64,000 nucleotides of DNA, from IMG/VR virus record IMGVR_UViG_3300020411_003715, positions 64,001-128,000 of that record, one strand, 5' to 3'. The notes beneath the pieces are model-generated. The model ran no database searches. It saw only the letters and a list, made by a program, of their open reading frames with translations, and was not told the DNA's origin. How positions within the stretch are numbered: position 1 is the stretch's first letter; each line of letters opens with the position of its first letter. The position numbers and the translations under genes are program-made. This document shows, piece after piece, positions 46,334 through 55,734 of the stretch. The stretch comes from a virus.

Positions 46334-49300
46334 GTGGGTGTTAGCACTGCCATACACGGCCGATTTGTTGGCTGCAGAGTATTCCTTGAGGGGATAGAGG
46401 TCGACGTCGTTCAGGCGACGATAACAGGTGGGGTGAATACTCCCGCTACCGCAGACATCATCATTCCATACAATGATTTTATCCACGAGTTCTTACCAAG
46501 AACCCTGGTCCATGTATTCTTCATGGATAGCCGGTACAGGAAGGGGAAAGAGGTTGACACGGAAAAAACCAAGGACCTTGTCAATGCGATACCCAGACTA
46601 AAGAGCACCAAGGACCTGAGGAAGGCAGCGCTTGCCCTGGACAGAAACGATCCAGACAACTGGAAACTAATGTTTGCTGGCGAGGTGTCGGGGTATTCGT
46701 ACCAGAAGGTCGGAGCATTAAGACAGTGCAAGCTTTCGTGCATGGACTTCAGCTCTTACTTCCAGAACGCAAAGCTATATTGGGGCCGTAGAAACACGAG
46801 TCTCCACAGCTACAAGCAGGCGATTTTTGCGGGAGGCACGCAGCTTTACAGGGGCAAGACGAAGGTTGATAGCTCAAACGACCTTGTTAAGCTTTTGTCA
46901 TCAAAACCCTCACTGAAACCAACTCTTCCGGGTCTACTTGGTGGCCTGTTCTCAACACTTGAGTCCGTAACCGGCGTGTACTCTCCGGACGCCACTAGGA
47001 AGTTCAGGGGAACCAACGATTTCTTAAGTCAGGCGGAGCTTCGGTTAAATATATGTAGCATGCTCGGTGCCTCTGAGAAGGACGACACGACAACAACGTT
47101 TCTCAGGAGTAAATCTTTCAAACGCTACCTAAGGCGAATAACCAGACAACTTAAAAGCACCGCATCCTATTACGATATAATGAACCTGATTCTACAGAAG
47201 TGTTATCAGGTTTGGTCCTCCGTCCCAGCGCCACCGTACATGACGGACCAGAGCGTAGTTGTTAAGTGGAACCAAGTAGTAAACGGGTACAGCTACAAGA
47301 AGGACCCCGCGGTAAAGAAAATCTTTGATGAGACGGCTGAAGTCCATAAGCGCATAGGGACGCACCTACAGGTGGCTATTGACAGGACAGTAGGAAGGTC
47401 CAAAGGGAAGGAGGGGTCTGTACCTGCCGGGACGGACCCAGCCAAACATAAGATTCAGGGCGGTAAGGTTGCTGTTGACACAAAAGAGATCTCAACCACA
47501 GCCACCACGGTTGCCTCAAAAACAAAAGACTGGGGAACTGCGGAGCAGCTTAGGGAAAAAGGGTCACAGCACTACCAGAAACACGGGGTTGGGCCAAAGA
47601 GGACTAGTCGTGCAGCTGCGGCCAAAATTAGGGGGGCATATGGTCACCTTGCTAACGCCAAGGCACATCTGGACAAGATTAAGGCTGACGGGGGCAAAAA
47701 GCAGGACGTCCCTCTTCTAAGAAAGGCATACGCGGAGCTAGAAGCCGCCAAGAAGAAGATGGTTAGAGCCGCAGGCGTTCGAACGAAGCCGATGTCAGAG
47801 ACGTTAAGCACCAACCCCAGGCTACATGCATTCTTGTTCCATCCGGATATCTTCATGTGCCCGCCCCCGAAGTGCAACGTTCTTTTCCCAGACGACATAC
47901 AATCTCTTTCTTTTAGTCGCGGGTGGATGAGCGAGATAACCAGGATATGGCTTCACGGAAGGACATCTTCTGGGAAGGCGAGAAAGAACTGCTATTTCGC
48001 ACCGAACACCTCCATCCTCGGGGCATCAGAAGTTGGCAGCAAAGGCGAGGGCCTTGCGGAGACGGCCATAAAAAAGGGGCATGGATTCTTAATGCCCCAT
48101 GAGAAGTACACAGGTATCAATGGCTCTATCGTTGGTCTAGGGGACAACGCTATCTTCAAGAAGCTACACGTCAAGGGTCTCAAAGAAGCAAAAAAGGTGG
48201 CCAGGGCGGAGGCCAAGAAGATCAAGGGAACCGACGCGGAAGCCAAAGCGAAGAGAAAGAAGCTTGTAACAGATGCAATTAACGACTTTTCTGGGGGAGC
48301 GCAGTTTTCCGCACAGCCGCACCTTCAGAGAGCCGCAAACTATATGTTCTTTGCAAGCAGGTACGGATCTAGAAGCATGTCTGTTACCTGCAGATTCTCA
48401 CCGCACCTTGTGGCGAGCTTACCTTGTTTGGTTCTTGATCCCGATGTCGACCAAGACAGCAGGTTTGTTACGGGGAGGTACTCGACGGCGTTTGCGACGG
48501 AGGGAGACAAAGGGGAGCCATCTTTAGACTCCCGTGGGTTCTCTAAGCGTGCATGGGAACAGGACGCAAGCGGCACGAGGGTAGCGGGAACTAAAGGGAC
48601 GCACTATGTGGGCGTAATTGCTAAGGTGCAGCATACCTTTAACGCGAACGGCGGTGCGCAAACACAAGTAATGTTAACAAAGTGTCGTGAGCACAACGAG
48701 TCCGGAAGCTTCTGGGGAGACGACGACGGTGATGGCGTAATGCATGCCAAGGCTGTCAAAAAGAAGTATTGGCGTCGACGGGTTCGGATGAAGAGCAATG
48801 GCGGAAGCATACACAGCACGGACCATTCAGACTATGACCCTAAAGTGACAGGCAACATTAATGGGAACTTTACAGCAAGAGTGGTCCGAAAGGCTGGTAG
48901 CGCGATTGCGGTTGAGAAGCAAACGCCGGGAGCACTTAAGGCTATCCTAGGAAGCCAGTGGAGAAAAAATCGGAGCTACACCGTTGAGCCCGTCATGGAG
49001 AACGGCCAACCAAAAACAGTTGTTGTCGGGAGCCCCCAAACCTTGGCGGACGGGTCGACCTCCGGATCTGGCAAGGAGTTCATGGCCGTAAAGGTTTATT
49101 CAAGACACTCCAAGAATGTTGTAAAACCTATATCCTTCTCTTTTGAAGCCATTACTACGCCACCATGGTTCGCATCCATCTATCATGCTGGAAAAATAGG
49201 CTCAGAGTATTACGGCCCCATGATTGGCTGTGACTCTGTTGTAGACGGAACACCTCTATCCCTCCATGACCCAGAAGCAACTCTGAAGGAGGGGACAAAG

Positions 49301-49939
49301 ATTAAAGTCTCGACAACGACGATAGACGCCGACACGGGCGACGAAAAAGAGGCTCCTGATCTTGAGATGGAGACATACGTCCTTCCCTTTAAGGTCCAGG
49401 GGGGCTACGAGGAGAGAGAAGTCTTAATCCCTAAGTCTCTTTTTGCTGAGGTTGAAACAACAAAGTCAGCAGCGAACGCTCTTGCGGACATATGGATAGG
49501 GCTGAAGCGGATGGGGGCGGACGTCAATTTATTCATAGACACATATACGTCACGGTCATACGCTAACCTTGTCCAAGTAATGGGCAATAAGAATCCGTAC
49601 CTTAGGTTAAATTACTCTATTGATGACTATGAGACTTCGGCACTACCGATTAGCCCGTTGGGAAAGATAGCCCATACGGGATTCCATGGGTTTGCCTACG
49701 GAAACTACACCGAATTAAAAAATATCGAAAATTACGAGAGGCTTCTGACGGAAGGCAAGAAGGCCTTAAAGGCCATGAACCCCCGAACCGCGAAAAGACC
49801 GTTAAACCCAAAAGTAGACCCAAGGGCCCCCAGATGGTTTGCGGTACACAGGTATCAAAAAGCCATGAAGGCGAAGAGCCGGTCAGGTGGGCAAATCGCG
49901 GAACGACGTAAGCAGGGCGATTTTAACGCGAGATCATAG
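46334..49939 (+). CDS. Baseplate hub-like protein (gp27/gpD-like), 1201 aa
   Basis: RVFLEGIEV...ATADIIIP...LMFAGEV...CMD N-terminus and GVIAKVQHTF...TQVML segment, with large basic insertions. Confidence 0.6.
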   Translation: MGVSTAIHGRFVGCRVFLEGIEVDVVQATITGGVNTPATADIIIPYNDFIHEFLPRTLVHVFFMDSRYRKGKEVDTEKTKDLVNAIPRLKSTKDLRKAALALDRNDPDNWKLMFAGEVSGYSYQKVGALRQCKLSCMDFSSYFQNAKLYWGRRNTSLHSYKQAIFAGGTQLYRGKTKVDSSNDLVKLLSSKPSLKPTLPGLLGGLFSTLESVTGVYSPDATRKFRGTNDFLSQAELRLNICSMLGASEKDDTTTTFLRSKSFKRYLRRITRQLKSTASYYDIMNLILQKCYQVWSSVPAPPYMTDQSVVVKWNQVVNGYSYKKDPAVKKIFDETAEVHKRIGTHLQVAIDRTVGRSKGKEGSVPAGTDPAKHKIQGGKVAVDTKEISTTATTVASKTKDWGTAEQLREKGSQHYQKHGVGPKRTSRAAAAKIRGAYGHLANAKAHLDKIKADGGKKQDVPLLRKAYAELEAAKKKMVRAAGVRTKPMSETLSTNPRLHAFLFHPDIFMCPPPKCNVLFPDDIQSLSFSRGWMSEITRIWLHGRTSSGKARKNCYFAPNTSILGASEVGSKGEGLAETAIKKGHGFLMPHEKYTGINGSIVGLGDNAIFKKLHVKGLKEAKKVARAEAKKIKGTDAEAKAKRKKLVTDAINDFSGGAQFSAQPHLQRAANYMFFASRYGSRSMSVTCRFSPHLVASLPCLVLDPDVDQDSRFVTGRYSTAFATEGDKGEPSLDSRGFSKRAWEQDASGTRVAGTKGTHYVGVIAKVQHTFNANGGAQTQVMLTKCREHNESGSFWGDDDGDGVMHAKAVKKKYWRRRVRMKSNGGSIHSTDHSDYDPKVTGNINGNFTARVVRKAGSAIAVEKQTPGALKAILGSQWRKNRSYTVEPVMENGQPKTVVVGSPQTLADGSTSGSGKEFMAVKVYSRHSKNVVKPISFSFEAITTPPWFASIYHAGKIGSEYYGPMIGCDSVVDGTPLSLHDPEATLKEGTKIKVSTTTIDADTGDEKEAPDLEMETYVLPFKVQGGYEEREVLIPKSLFAEVETTKSAANALADIWIGLKRMGADVNLFIDTYTSRSYANLVQVMGNKNPYLRLNYSIDDYETSALPISPLGKIAHTGFHGFAYGNYTELKNIENYERLLTEGKKALKAMNPRTAKRPLNPKVDPRAPRWFAVHRYQKAMKAKSRSGGQIAERRKQGDFNARS

Positions 49940-49941
49940 AG

Positions 49942-50148
49942 GTGGACAGTATTATGAGTAGTGCTATAGATGACTTTGAGAAAGAATTAGTTAATGATAC
50001 TGTCTCCGAAGATCAAGCGGACGAGGCCATTGCTAAGGATGAACCCATTCCAAACGTAGAAATTTCATTTGGTAAGGGTGCTTCTAGGAAGAACTTGCTC
50101 TGTTCGAGGGGGTTCACGCTTAAAAGTATCTACGATATGTCCAAGTAG
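49942..50148 (+). CDS. Hypothetical protein
   Basis: 68 aa; start may be ATG 49954. Confidence 0.55.
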   Translation: MDSIMSSAIDDFEKELVNDTVSEDQADEAIAKDEPIPNVEISFGKGASRKNLLCSRGFTLKSIYDMSK

Positions 50149-50185
50149 GTAGTTCTTAATAGTATGGATATGTTGCATAATAACC

Positions 50186-50212
50186 ATGACGCTCAGCCTT
50201 TTTTAGCGTCAT
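50186..50212. promoter_or_regulatory. Inverted repeat ATGACGCT-N11-AGCGTCAT
   Basis: Perfect 8-bp arms in the intergenic gap before 50234. Confidence 0.35.
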
Positions 50213-50233
50213 AAAAACTGGAGGATAATTACC

Positions 50234-50632
50234 ATGAATGCATTAGAAAAGCTTGCCGCCAAGCGGCGAATCGCCTCACTACTCGGACAAGAGTTGTTTG
50301 AGGAAACAGGCAAGGAAGCCGGACTTAAAGAGATTGGGAAAGCTCTCAAGGGCTTAATGTCCAAGGCAAAGAAGACCGGAAAGAAGGTCATCGAAAAAGG
50401 AAAGAAGGAAGTTGACGTTATTCGGGCAAAGCCCCAAGAACGACTTCGCGCCAAGTGGAACAAGGGCCCCTTCGTTAAGAAGAAGGTCCAGAACTCCCGA
50501 CAGGCAAACTTGGCCAAAGCAGACAAGCGCACCAAAAAGTCGCGCACACGTGCAGCAGTAGCAGCAGGTGGTGGACTTGCAGGCTTGAGCGCCCTCGGAA
50601 TCGCAACCAAAGGCAACAGCTCGCCTGAGTAA
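50234..50632 (+). CDS. MNALEK-leader protein 9
   Basis: MNALEKLAAKRRIA...GKEA; GGAGG RBS; C-terminal Gly-zipper. Confidence 0.85.
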   Translation: MNALEKLAAKRRIASLLGQELFEETGKEAGLKEIGKALKGLMSKAKKTGKKVIEKGKKEVDVIRAKPQERLRAKWNKGPFVKKKVQNSRQANLAKADKRTKKSRTRAAVAAGGGLAGLSALGIATKGNSSPE

Positions 50633-50658
50633 TAAGCCGCATATTAGGAGATAATAAG

Positions 50659-51606
50659 ATGCTTACAGCAGAAAGACGGGCGGCGCTAGAGATGCGGCTC
50701 CAAGGTGATGACTTTTTGACGAAGCAGGCGGCCATGGAAAAGGTTGCTGCTTACAAAGATACCTATGGCTGGCTCTGGCCATTAGCCGCTGAGGGCGATG
50801 AAGACGTCGCAGAGATGCGGAAAGAGGCCTTTCTAGGAATGGCTGCTCGCTTCATTGCGGGCAAAGGTCGCCAAATGCTTGGCGCTGCCGCCAAGAAGGG
50901 CGGGGAGGTCCTGACTAGATACGGCCGAACCGGTGGTGCCGCTAGCCAAAGAGGTCAGCGGATGATCCGAAGTGGCGAGCAGACGGTTAGACGCGGTCGC
51001 GCACAGGTAGCTCAGGCTAAGAGAGCCCGTCACTGGGGGATTAGTCAGCGACAAGCAGACGTTCTGATGTCTAAGCACACTGGGCCGAAGGGCTCTGCAG
51101 CCGCTAGAGACGCAGGCGCTGCGATCAAGACGCTTGATAAGACTACTAGAAGGTCTTCTGCGAAGGCGGGTAACCGTGCTGCGAGAAAGAACATCAAGTC
51201 TACCTTAGAGCGAAAGGCGGACGCTTCTTACAAGCCGACAGTCGCTGAGCGAATCTCTAGCCGAGTGGGCTCAGGAGCAGGTGGCGCGGGCGAGAGAAGG
51301 TTCTTGCTTGAGCAGGCCAAGGGCGGTGGTTCCGCAGCGCGTGCGCAAGTTCGTCGTGATGGGGCCAAGTCCGGGTTAGTATCAAGAACCCAAGACCTCC
51401 CCAACCGAAGCCGGGATATCTACGGTCGGACTACCCGAGAGGGCATTAAGAGCCGTGGGGCCGCTCGTGTTGTGGAAGGTGTGCTTGATGCACCAACGAC
51501 CGTCAGAAACGCGGCCTCTGGCATCGGCAGCCGCCTTTCCAGCGGTTGGAGAAGCCTCACAGGTCGCAATCCTGGTGGCCGTAACGAGTGGAAGACTATG
51601 GTCTAG
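50659..51606 (+). CDS. KxA-motif Arg/Gly-rich protein
   Basis: TKQA, EKVA, RKEA in an acidic N-terminus followed by a highly basic body. Confidence 0.8.
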   Translation: MLTAERRAALEMRLQGDDFLTKQAAMEKVAAYKDTYGWLWPLAAEGDEDVAEMRKEAFLGMAARFIAGKGRQMLGAAAKKGGEVLTRYGRTGGAASQRGQRMIRSGEQTVRRGRAQVAQAKRARHWGISQRQADVLMSKHTGPKGSAAARDAGAAIKTLDKTTRRSSAKAGNRAARKNIKSTLERKADASYKPTVAERISSRVGSGAGGAGERRFLLEQAKGGGSAARAQVRRDGAKSGLVSRTQDLPNRSRDIYGRTTREGIKSRGAARVVEGVLDAPTTVRNAASGIGSRLSSGWRSLTGRNPGGRNEWKTMV

Positions 51607-51620
51607 GACGCTAATCTGGT

Positions 51621-52514
51621 ATGGAGCTTGTCTTGGAAATTAATCCTATATCGGATTTTCTTAAGTTTGCTGAGAAGCAGACTAAAGTTCGTGCGCATAC
51701 GCGTAGGTCCAAAGGCAAGCTTGTATCTGTAGCGCAGCATGACCGGGAAGTCTCTGGTGAAGAAGCCAAAGACACAATGTCTGGATACGATCATCCGGAA
51801 CTCCAGTTAGACGATAAAAAGGCCAGAGAGATCGAGTTGTGGACAGCTTGGAAGGAGGGGGGACAAAATCCCAGTGATTTAGAACCCCTCCTTAGAAGCT
51901 TCAGACCACTTCTTCGCTCTAAGATGAACGTCTACAAGGGGAAGATGAAGATGATCCCAGATGCCGCGATCGAGGCTGAATTCCAGCTTCGGTTTGTGGA
52001 TGCACTCCGTTCCTATAACCCCGAAAAAGGGTCTTTAGGGACGTACATCTACCGGTATCTGGACAAGTCCAAAAGGTTTATCGTCGAAAACCAGAACATT
52101 GGGAGAATTCCTGAGAATAGAATTTATAAGATTAAAGCCTACACGACAGCCAAGGACGAACTTTCTGATGATTTAGGCAGGGTTCCTTCAGTCCCTGAAA
52201 TCGCAGAGAGGCTTGGTTGGTCGTTAGCGGAAGCAAACCGGATGGATGCCGAGCTAAGGAATGATCTTATGACTCAAGGCTTTGAGGATGATCCCTATTC
52301 GATCACACCCTCAAAGTCTGAAGAGGTTCTCAGACTTTTTAAGTATGAGCTTTCCGGTGATGAGAGAGATGTCTACGAGCACCTTACAGGCTTTGGGAAA
52401 AAACAACTCACGTCGACAAGCGAAATAGCTAAGCAGCTTAAAATGCCTGATTACCGCGTTAGTCGTCTTAAAAACTCAATTCAGAAGAAATTGAAGAGGT
52501 ACTTACATGACTAG
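51621..52514 (+). CDS. Phage sigma70-family factor (group 3, FliA/SigF-like) with an N-terminal extension
   Basis: Region 2 DALRSYNPEKGSLGTYIY; region 3 LGRVPSVPEIAERLGW; region 4 LSGDERDV...EIAKQL...RVSRL. Confidence 0.9.
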   Translation: MELVLEINPISDFLKFAEKQTKVRAHTRRSKGKLVSVAQHDREVSGEEAKDTMSGYDHPELQLDDKKAREIELWTAWKEGGQNPSDLEPLLRSFRPLLRSKMNVYKGKMKMIPDAAIEAEFQLRFVDALRSYNPEKGSLGTYIYRYLDKSKRFIVENQNIGRIPENRIYKIKAYTTAKDELSDDLGRVPSVPEIAERLGWSLAEANRMDAELRNDLMTQGFEDDPYSITPSKSEEVLRLFKYELSGDERDVYEHLTGFGKKQLTSTSEIAKQLKMPDYRVSRLKNSIQKKLKRYLHD

Positions 52515-54165
52515 CATGGGAAAAGAGGCGAATATCGCCAAGGTCCACTTTCTTATGAAAGAAAAGGGCATGAGCGCTAAAGAAGCTATTAAAGCGGCAT
52601 ACCCAGAGTGGTCCGATGAAAAGGTTGCAGCTTTAGCCGCCAAACTCAGCGGCATGAAAGATGCTGGCATGGGCAAGGCTAAAAAAGAGGCCCCTGCGGA
52701 AGAAAAGAAAGCGTCGGTCGAGAAGATGGAACGACTAGGCTTTAAGGACTCTCAGCGTGCTTTGATGCGCGGACTGTCTTCGGGAAAGCCCTCTGACCAG
52801 TCACTGATTGCCTCCAAGGACACAATTAAGCGACGACTTAAAGCCCATGGAAAAGGGGCACTTGTGGGTGCGCCCATTGGGGCTCTTGCTGGCCTTGCCC
52901 TTGCCCCCAAGGGTGGACGTGCTCTCGGTGCGGCCCTCCTAGGCGCGGTCAGCGCGGGGGTTGGGGGGATTGTTGGGCAGACACGGTCTGATCAGAAGTT
53001 TTTGAAGTCGAAAGGTATCGACATGAAGTGGCACGGACTTTCTGTAAAGATTACGCCCAAGGCTCGCGCCAAGTACTTCCCTGAGCACAAGTCACTTACT
53101 GACAAAACTGCTGGGGTCAAGCTTGCCAAGCTGCGAGTGCATGACATCGAAGATGAGATTGGTGATTACCTAAGCGATGCGGATGAGACCAAAGTACGCC
53201 GCATGATCACCAAGGCGAAGAAGAAAAGCTTCGCCATGCGCCATCCGATCTTAACGGGAATCCCCACGCTAGGGATCGCCCCAGCGATGGCAAACAATAA
53301 AGCTAAGATGAAGATCATTCGCCAGCTTGCGAAGTCTGACCCAAAGATGCGTAAGCAACTAAGGAAGATGCGTGAAACTAAGAGGCGAGAAGATCATGAG
53401 ATGGCCGTCGCAAGAGCAGGCAGAACCAATGTCACGGTCAACGAGAAAAGCAAAGAGTCTTCCGTAAAGCTGGCTCAAAATGCGTTTACCGCACCGAAAA
53501 AAACACACACACCAATTAAACCAGCACCAACTAGAAAGACGCCTTCATATCCCAACATTGGGTCTGCAATCCGGTCTGCAGCCAAGCTCAATCGCCCACC
53601 AAGTATTTCAGCAAGCCTTTTACCGAGGCCGTTCAAGCCGGTCGATCCCAATCGTCGTAGCCTCGGAGAGGCTATACAGGGGTCTGGGTGGGGAGCGAGA
53701 AACGACACACTCCTTAAACGGGAACAGGAGGGTAGACGCTGGCAGCTCCAGCAGCGCATCGACCGGGAGCGGAAGATGTTAGAACAGCAGCAGCAGCAGC
53801 AGCAGGGATTCAAAACAGCATCCGTTCAGCTAGTCGCCCTACAACGCGGCTCTGAGGCTCTTTATGAGGGCTACATACAAAAGCATGCTGTTTTGAATCC
53901 GGTAACCACCGCTAAAGTCTCAAAGTTTTTTAAGGGCCTAATGACGAAAGCGAAGCCCGCAGCGAAAGCCGCAGGCGAAACGGTCAAGGGCTGGGGCTCT
54001 GCACTGGCAACCAAGTTCCCAGGAGCAACTAAGAAGGCAAAAGATGCTATTGCAGAATTTGTGAAGAACAACCCTAAAGCAGCAAAGGCGATCAAGGAAA
54101 ACTGGAAGCCTGCCGCAGGCGGAGCCGCAGCGGGTGCTATTATTAGCAAGGCCATGAGTGATTAG
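52507..54165 (+). CDS. Multi-KxA polyprotein-like basic protein
   Basis: GKEA, KKA, DKTA, VKLA (x2), FKTA, QKHA separate unrelated segments; Gly-zipper helices. Confidence 0.85.
   Translation: MTSMGKEANIAKVHFLMKEKGMSAKEAIKAAYPEWSDEKVAALAAKLSGMKDAGMGKAKKEAPAEEKKASVEKMERLGFKDSQRALMRGLSSGKPSDQSLIASKDTIKRRLKAHGKGALVGAPIGALAGLALAPKGGRALGAALLGAVSAGVGGIVGQTRSDQKFLKSKGIDMKWHGLSVKITPKARAKYFPEHKSLTDKTAGVKLAKLRVHDIEDEIGDYLSDADETKVRRMITKAKKKSFAMRHPILTGIPTLGIAPAMANNKAKMKIIRQLAKSDPKMRKQLRKMRETKRREDHEMAVARAGRTNVTVNEKSKESSVKLAQNAFTAPKKTHTPIKPAPTRKTPSYPNIGSAIRSAAKLNRPPSISASLLPRPFKPVDPNRRSLGEAIQGSGWGARNDTLLKREQEGRRWQLQQRIDRERKMLEQQQQQQQGFKTASVQLVALQRGSEALYEGYIQKHAVLNPVTTAKVSKFFKGLMTKAKPAAKAAGETVKGWGSALATKFPGATKKAKDAIAEFVKNNPKAAKAIKENWKPAAGGAAAGAIISKAMSD
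53785..53805 (+). repeat. (CAG)7 microsatellite encoding poly-Gln
   Basis: Seven perfect CAG units. Confidence 0.9.
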
Positions 54166-54438
54166 GTGGCGGAAGAAAAGGAAACCACGGAGGTCCCCGG
54201 ACTTCTATTACGGACGGCCGACAAGGATAAGTTCCTTGAGGACCTGAGAACGCAGACTTTGAGATTTCTCAAAGCGGAGAAGTACAGGCTTCAGGTAGAA
54301 AGAGAGTTTTTACTTAAATCCAAGGAAGGACTTAAGGACGCAGACAGCAAGAATAAAAGGCTTTCCGAGGTGCAGGTATACGCAGATGTAGCAAAGCTCC
54401 TAGGAATAAAGATGCCAAAACAGGTTGAGGAAAAGTAG
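54166..54438 (+). CDS. Hypothetical coiled-coil protein
   Basis: 90 aa, abuts the upstream stop. Confidence 0.7.
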   Translation: MAEEKETTEVPGLLLRTADKDKFLEDLRTQTLRFLKAEKYRLQVEREFLLKSKEGLKDADSKNKRLSEVQVYADVAKLLGIKMPKQVEEK

Positions 54439-54459
54439 GAAGAGCTTTTTTGGTGGGCA

Positions 54460-55734
54460 ATGAAGGTTAAACTTGGAAAACGAGCGGTTCTCCCGTTCTT
54501 CGATACGCAGAACGTAATGCCTGGAGGCGGCGGCCTAGAGGCATTTACTGTTACAGTTACTGACCCCGATGGAACAGACATCGCCACGGAGGACATGACT
54601 GCTGCGGTCGACGTACCAAACCTGTACACCAGCGCACCCATTCTTTTCTCCAAAGTTGGTAAATACACGAGGACGTACAAATATGGTGACGACCCCTCTG
54701 TAATCTTGCAGGACTACGTAGACGTTGGCCCGGACCCGGTGAGCGACCTCAAAAGAGGTGTCCCACAAACACTTATACTTGACCAGCGGGATGCTGGGGG
54801 GATAGGCGAGACCGTAACGGTAAAGATTGTAGACCAGAACCGCGCCTTGGTGTTGGACGAGACGGCTGCTGCATATTCCGCTGACGCGTCTGGGTACACG
54901 GCATCAACAACCCTGTCCAAAGAGGGCCAGTACTTTATAGTCTGGTTTAAGCAGAACAACCTTAATCAGCAACAGCCGTTTATGTACGAGCACGCTCTTG
55001 TGCTTACCCCATCGGGCGCTGAGCTTTGTAGTTTTGTTGTTGCAACATTAGAGGGTAATAACGGGAACCCGCACATTAATACTACTGTGGTTGCGAGCCT
55101 TTCAGATGGAACAAAGGTCGCACAGGGCCTTACGGATAATGAGGGGAACCTATCGTTCAACCTAAACCCCGGAGCCCACGTGATAAGCCTGAATAAAGCA
55201 GGCACTGTTTTTTCAACCAACAACTTTGAGATCTCAGTAATAAACACTCGTGAGGCAGCAAAAGACCCGTCCCTTTATGCCGCCAGCGGAACCGAGATCC
55301 AAGCCTTCCAGCTAGTAACCAAGACGTTCTCACCTACGTTTACAGCCCCCGTATCTCCCGCCCCTATGTGCAAGCTCTACGCAGATGTGTTTAGGATGAA
55401 CGGGAAGCCATTGGCTCACGCCACGGTGCAAGTAGGGCTTTTGCACAAAGCCCAGCTTTTTAGCGGAACTGCGGTGTTCGACACGCAGACCCAGTTTAAG
55501 ATGGACGCGAATGGGCACGTAGAGTTCGAGCTTGTCCAGGGAATACAGGTAGAGATTATTATCGCGCCTCTATCTATTAGGCGTGTTATAACTGTGCCGT
55601 CTGGTGCTGATGCTATGGACCTTGTTTCCGGCGAACTTATCCCGATCAACCTTTTGGACCTCATGGCGGGCGCTGATGATGTCTTTGACATAATTAAAGC
55701 GAAAGCGCCGTCGGCACCGAGGAGAACCCTATGA
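54460..55734 (+). CDS. Beta-sandwich virion structural protein
   Basis: Prealbumin-like repeats (GLTDNEGNLSFNLNPG; MDANGHVEFELVQG). Confidence 0.7.
   Translation: MKVKLGKRAVLPFFDTQNVMPGGGGLEAFTVTVTDPDGTDIATEDMTAAVDVPNLYTSAPILFSKVGKYTRTYKYGDDPSVILQDYVDVGPDPVSDLKRGVPQTLILDQRDAGGIGETVTVKIVDQNRALVLDETAAAYSADASGYTASTTLSKEGQYFIVWFKQNNLNQQQPFMYEHALVLTPSGAELCSFVVATLEGNNGNPHINTTVVASLSDGTKVAQGLTDNEGNLSFNLNPGAHVISLNKAGTVFSTNNFEISVINTREAAKDPSLYAASGTEIQAFQLVTKTFSPTFTAPVSPAPMCKLYADVFRMNGKPLAHATVQVGLLHKAQLFSGTAVFDTQTQFKMDANGHVEFELVQGIQVEIIIAPLSIRRVITVPSGADAMDLVSGELIPINLLDLMAGADDVFDIIKAKAPSAPRRTL

Noticed and set aside
46334-49939. Intein or intron in the large hub-like gene
   Set aside because: No intein C/S...HN-C/S/T junction or LAGLIDADG motif seen; the insertions are simply Lys/Ala-rich.
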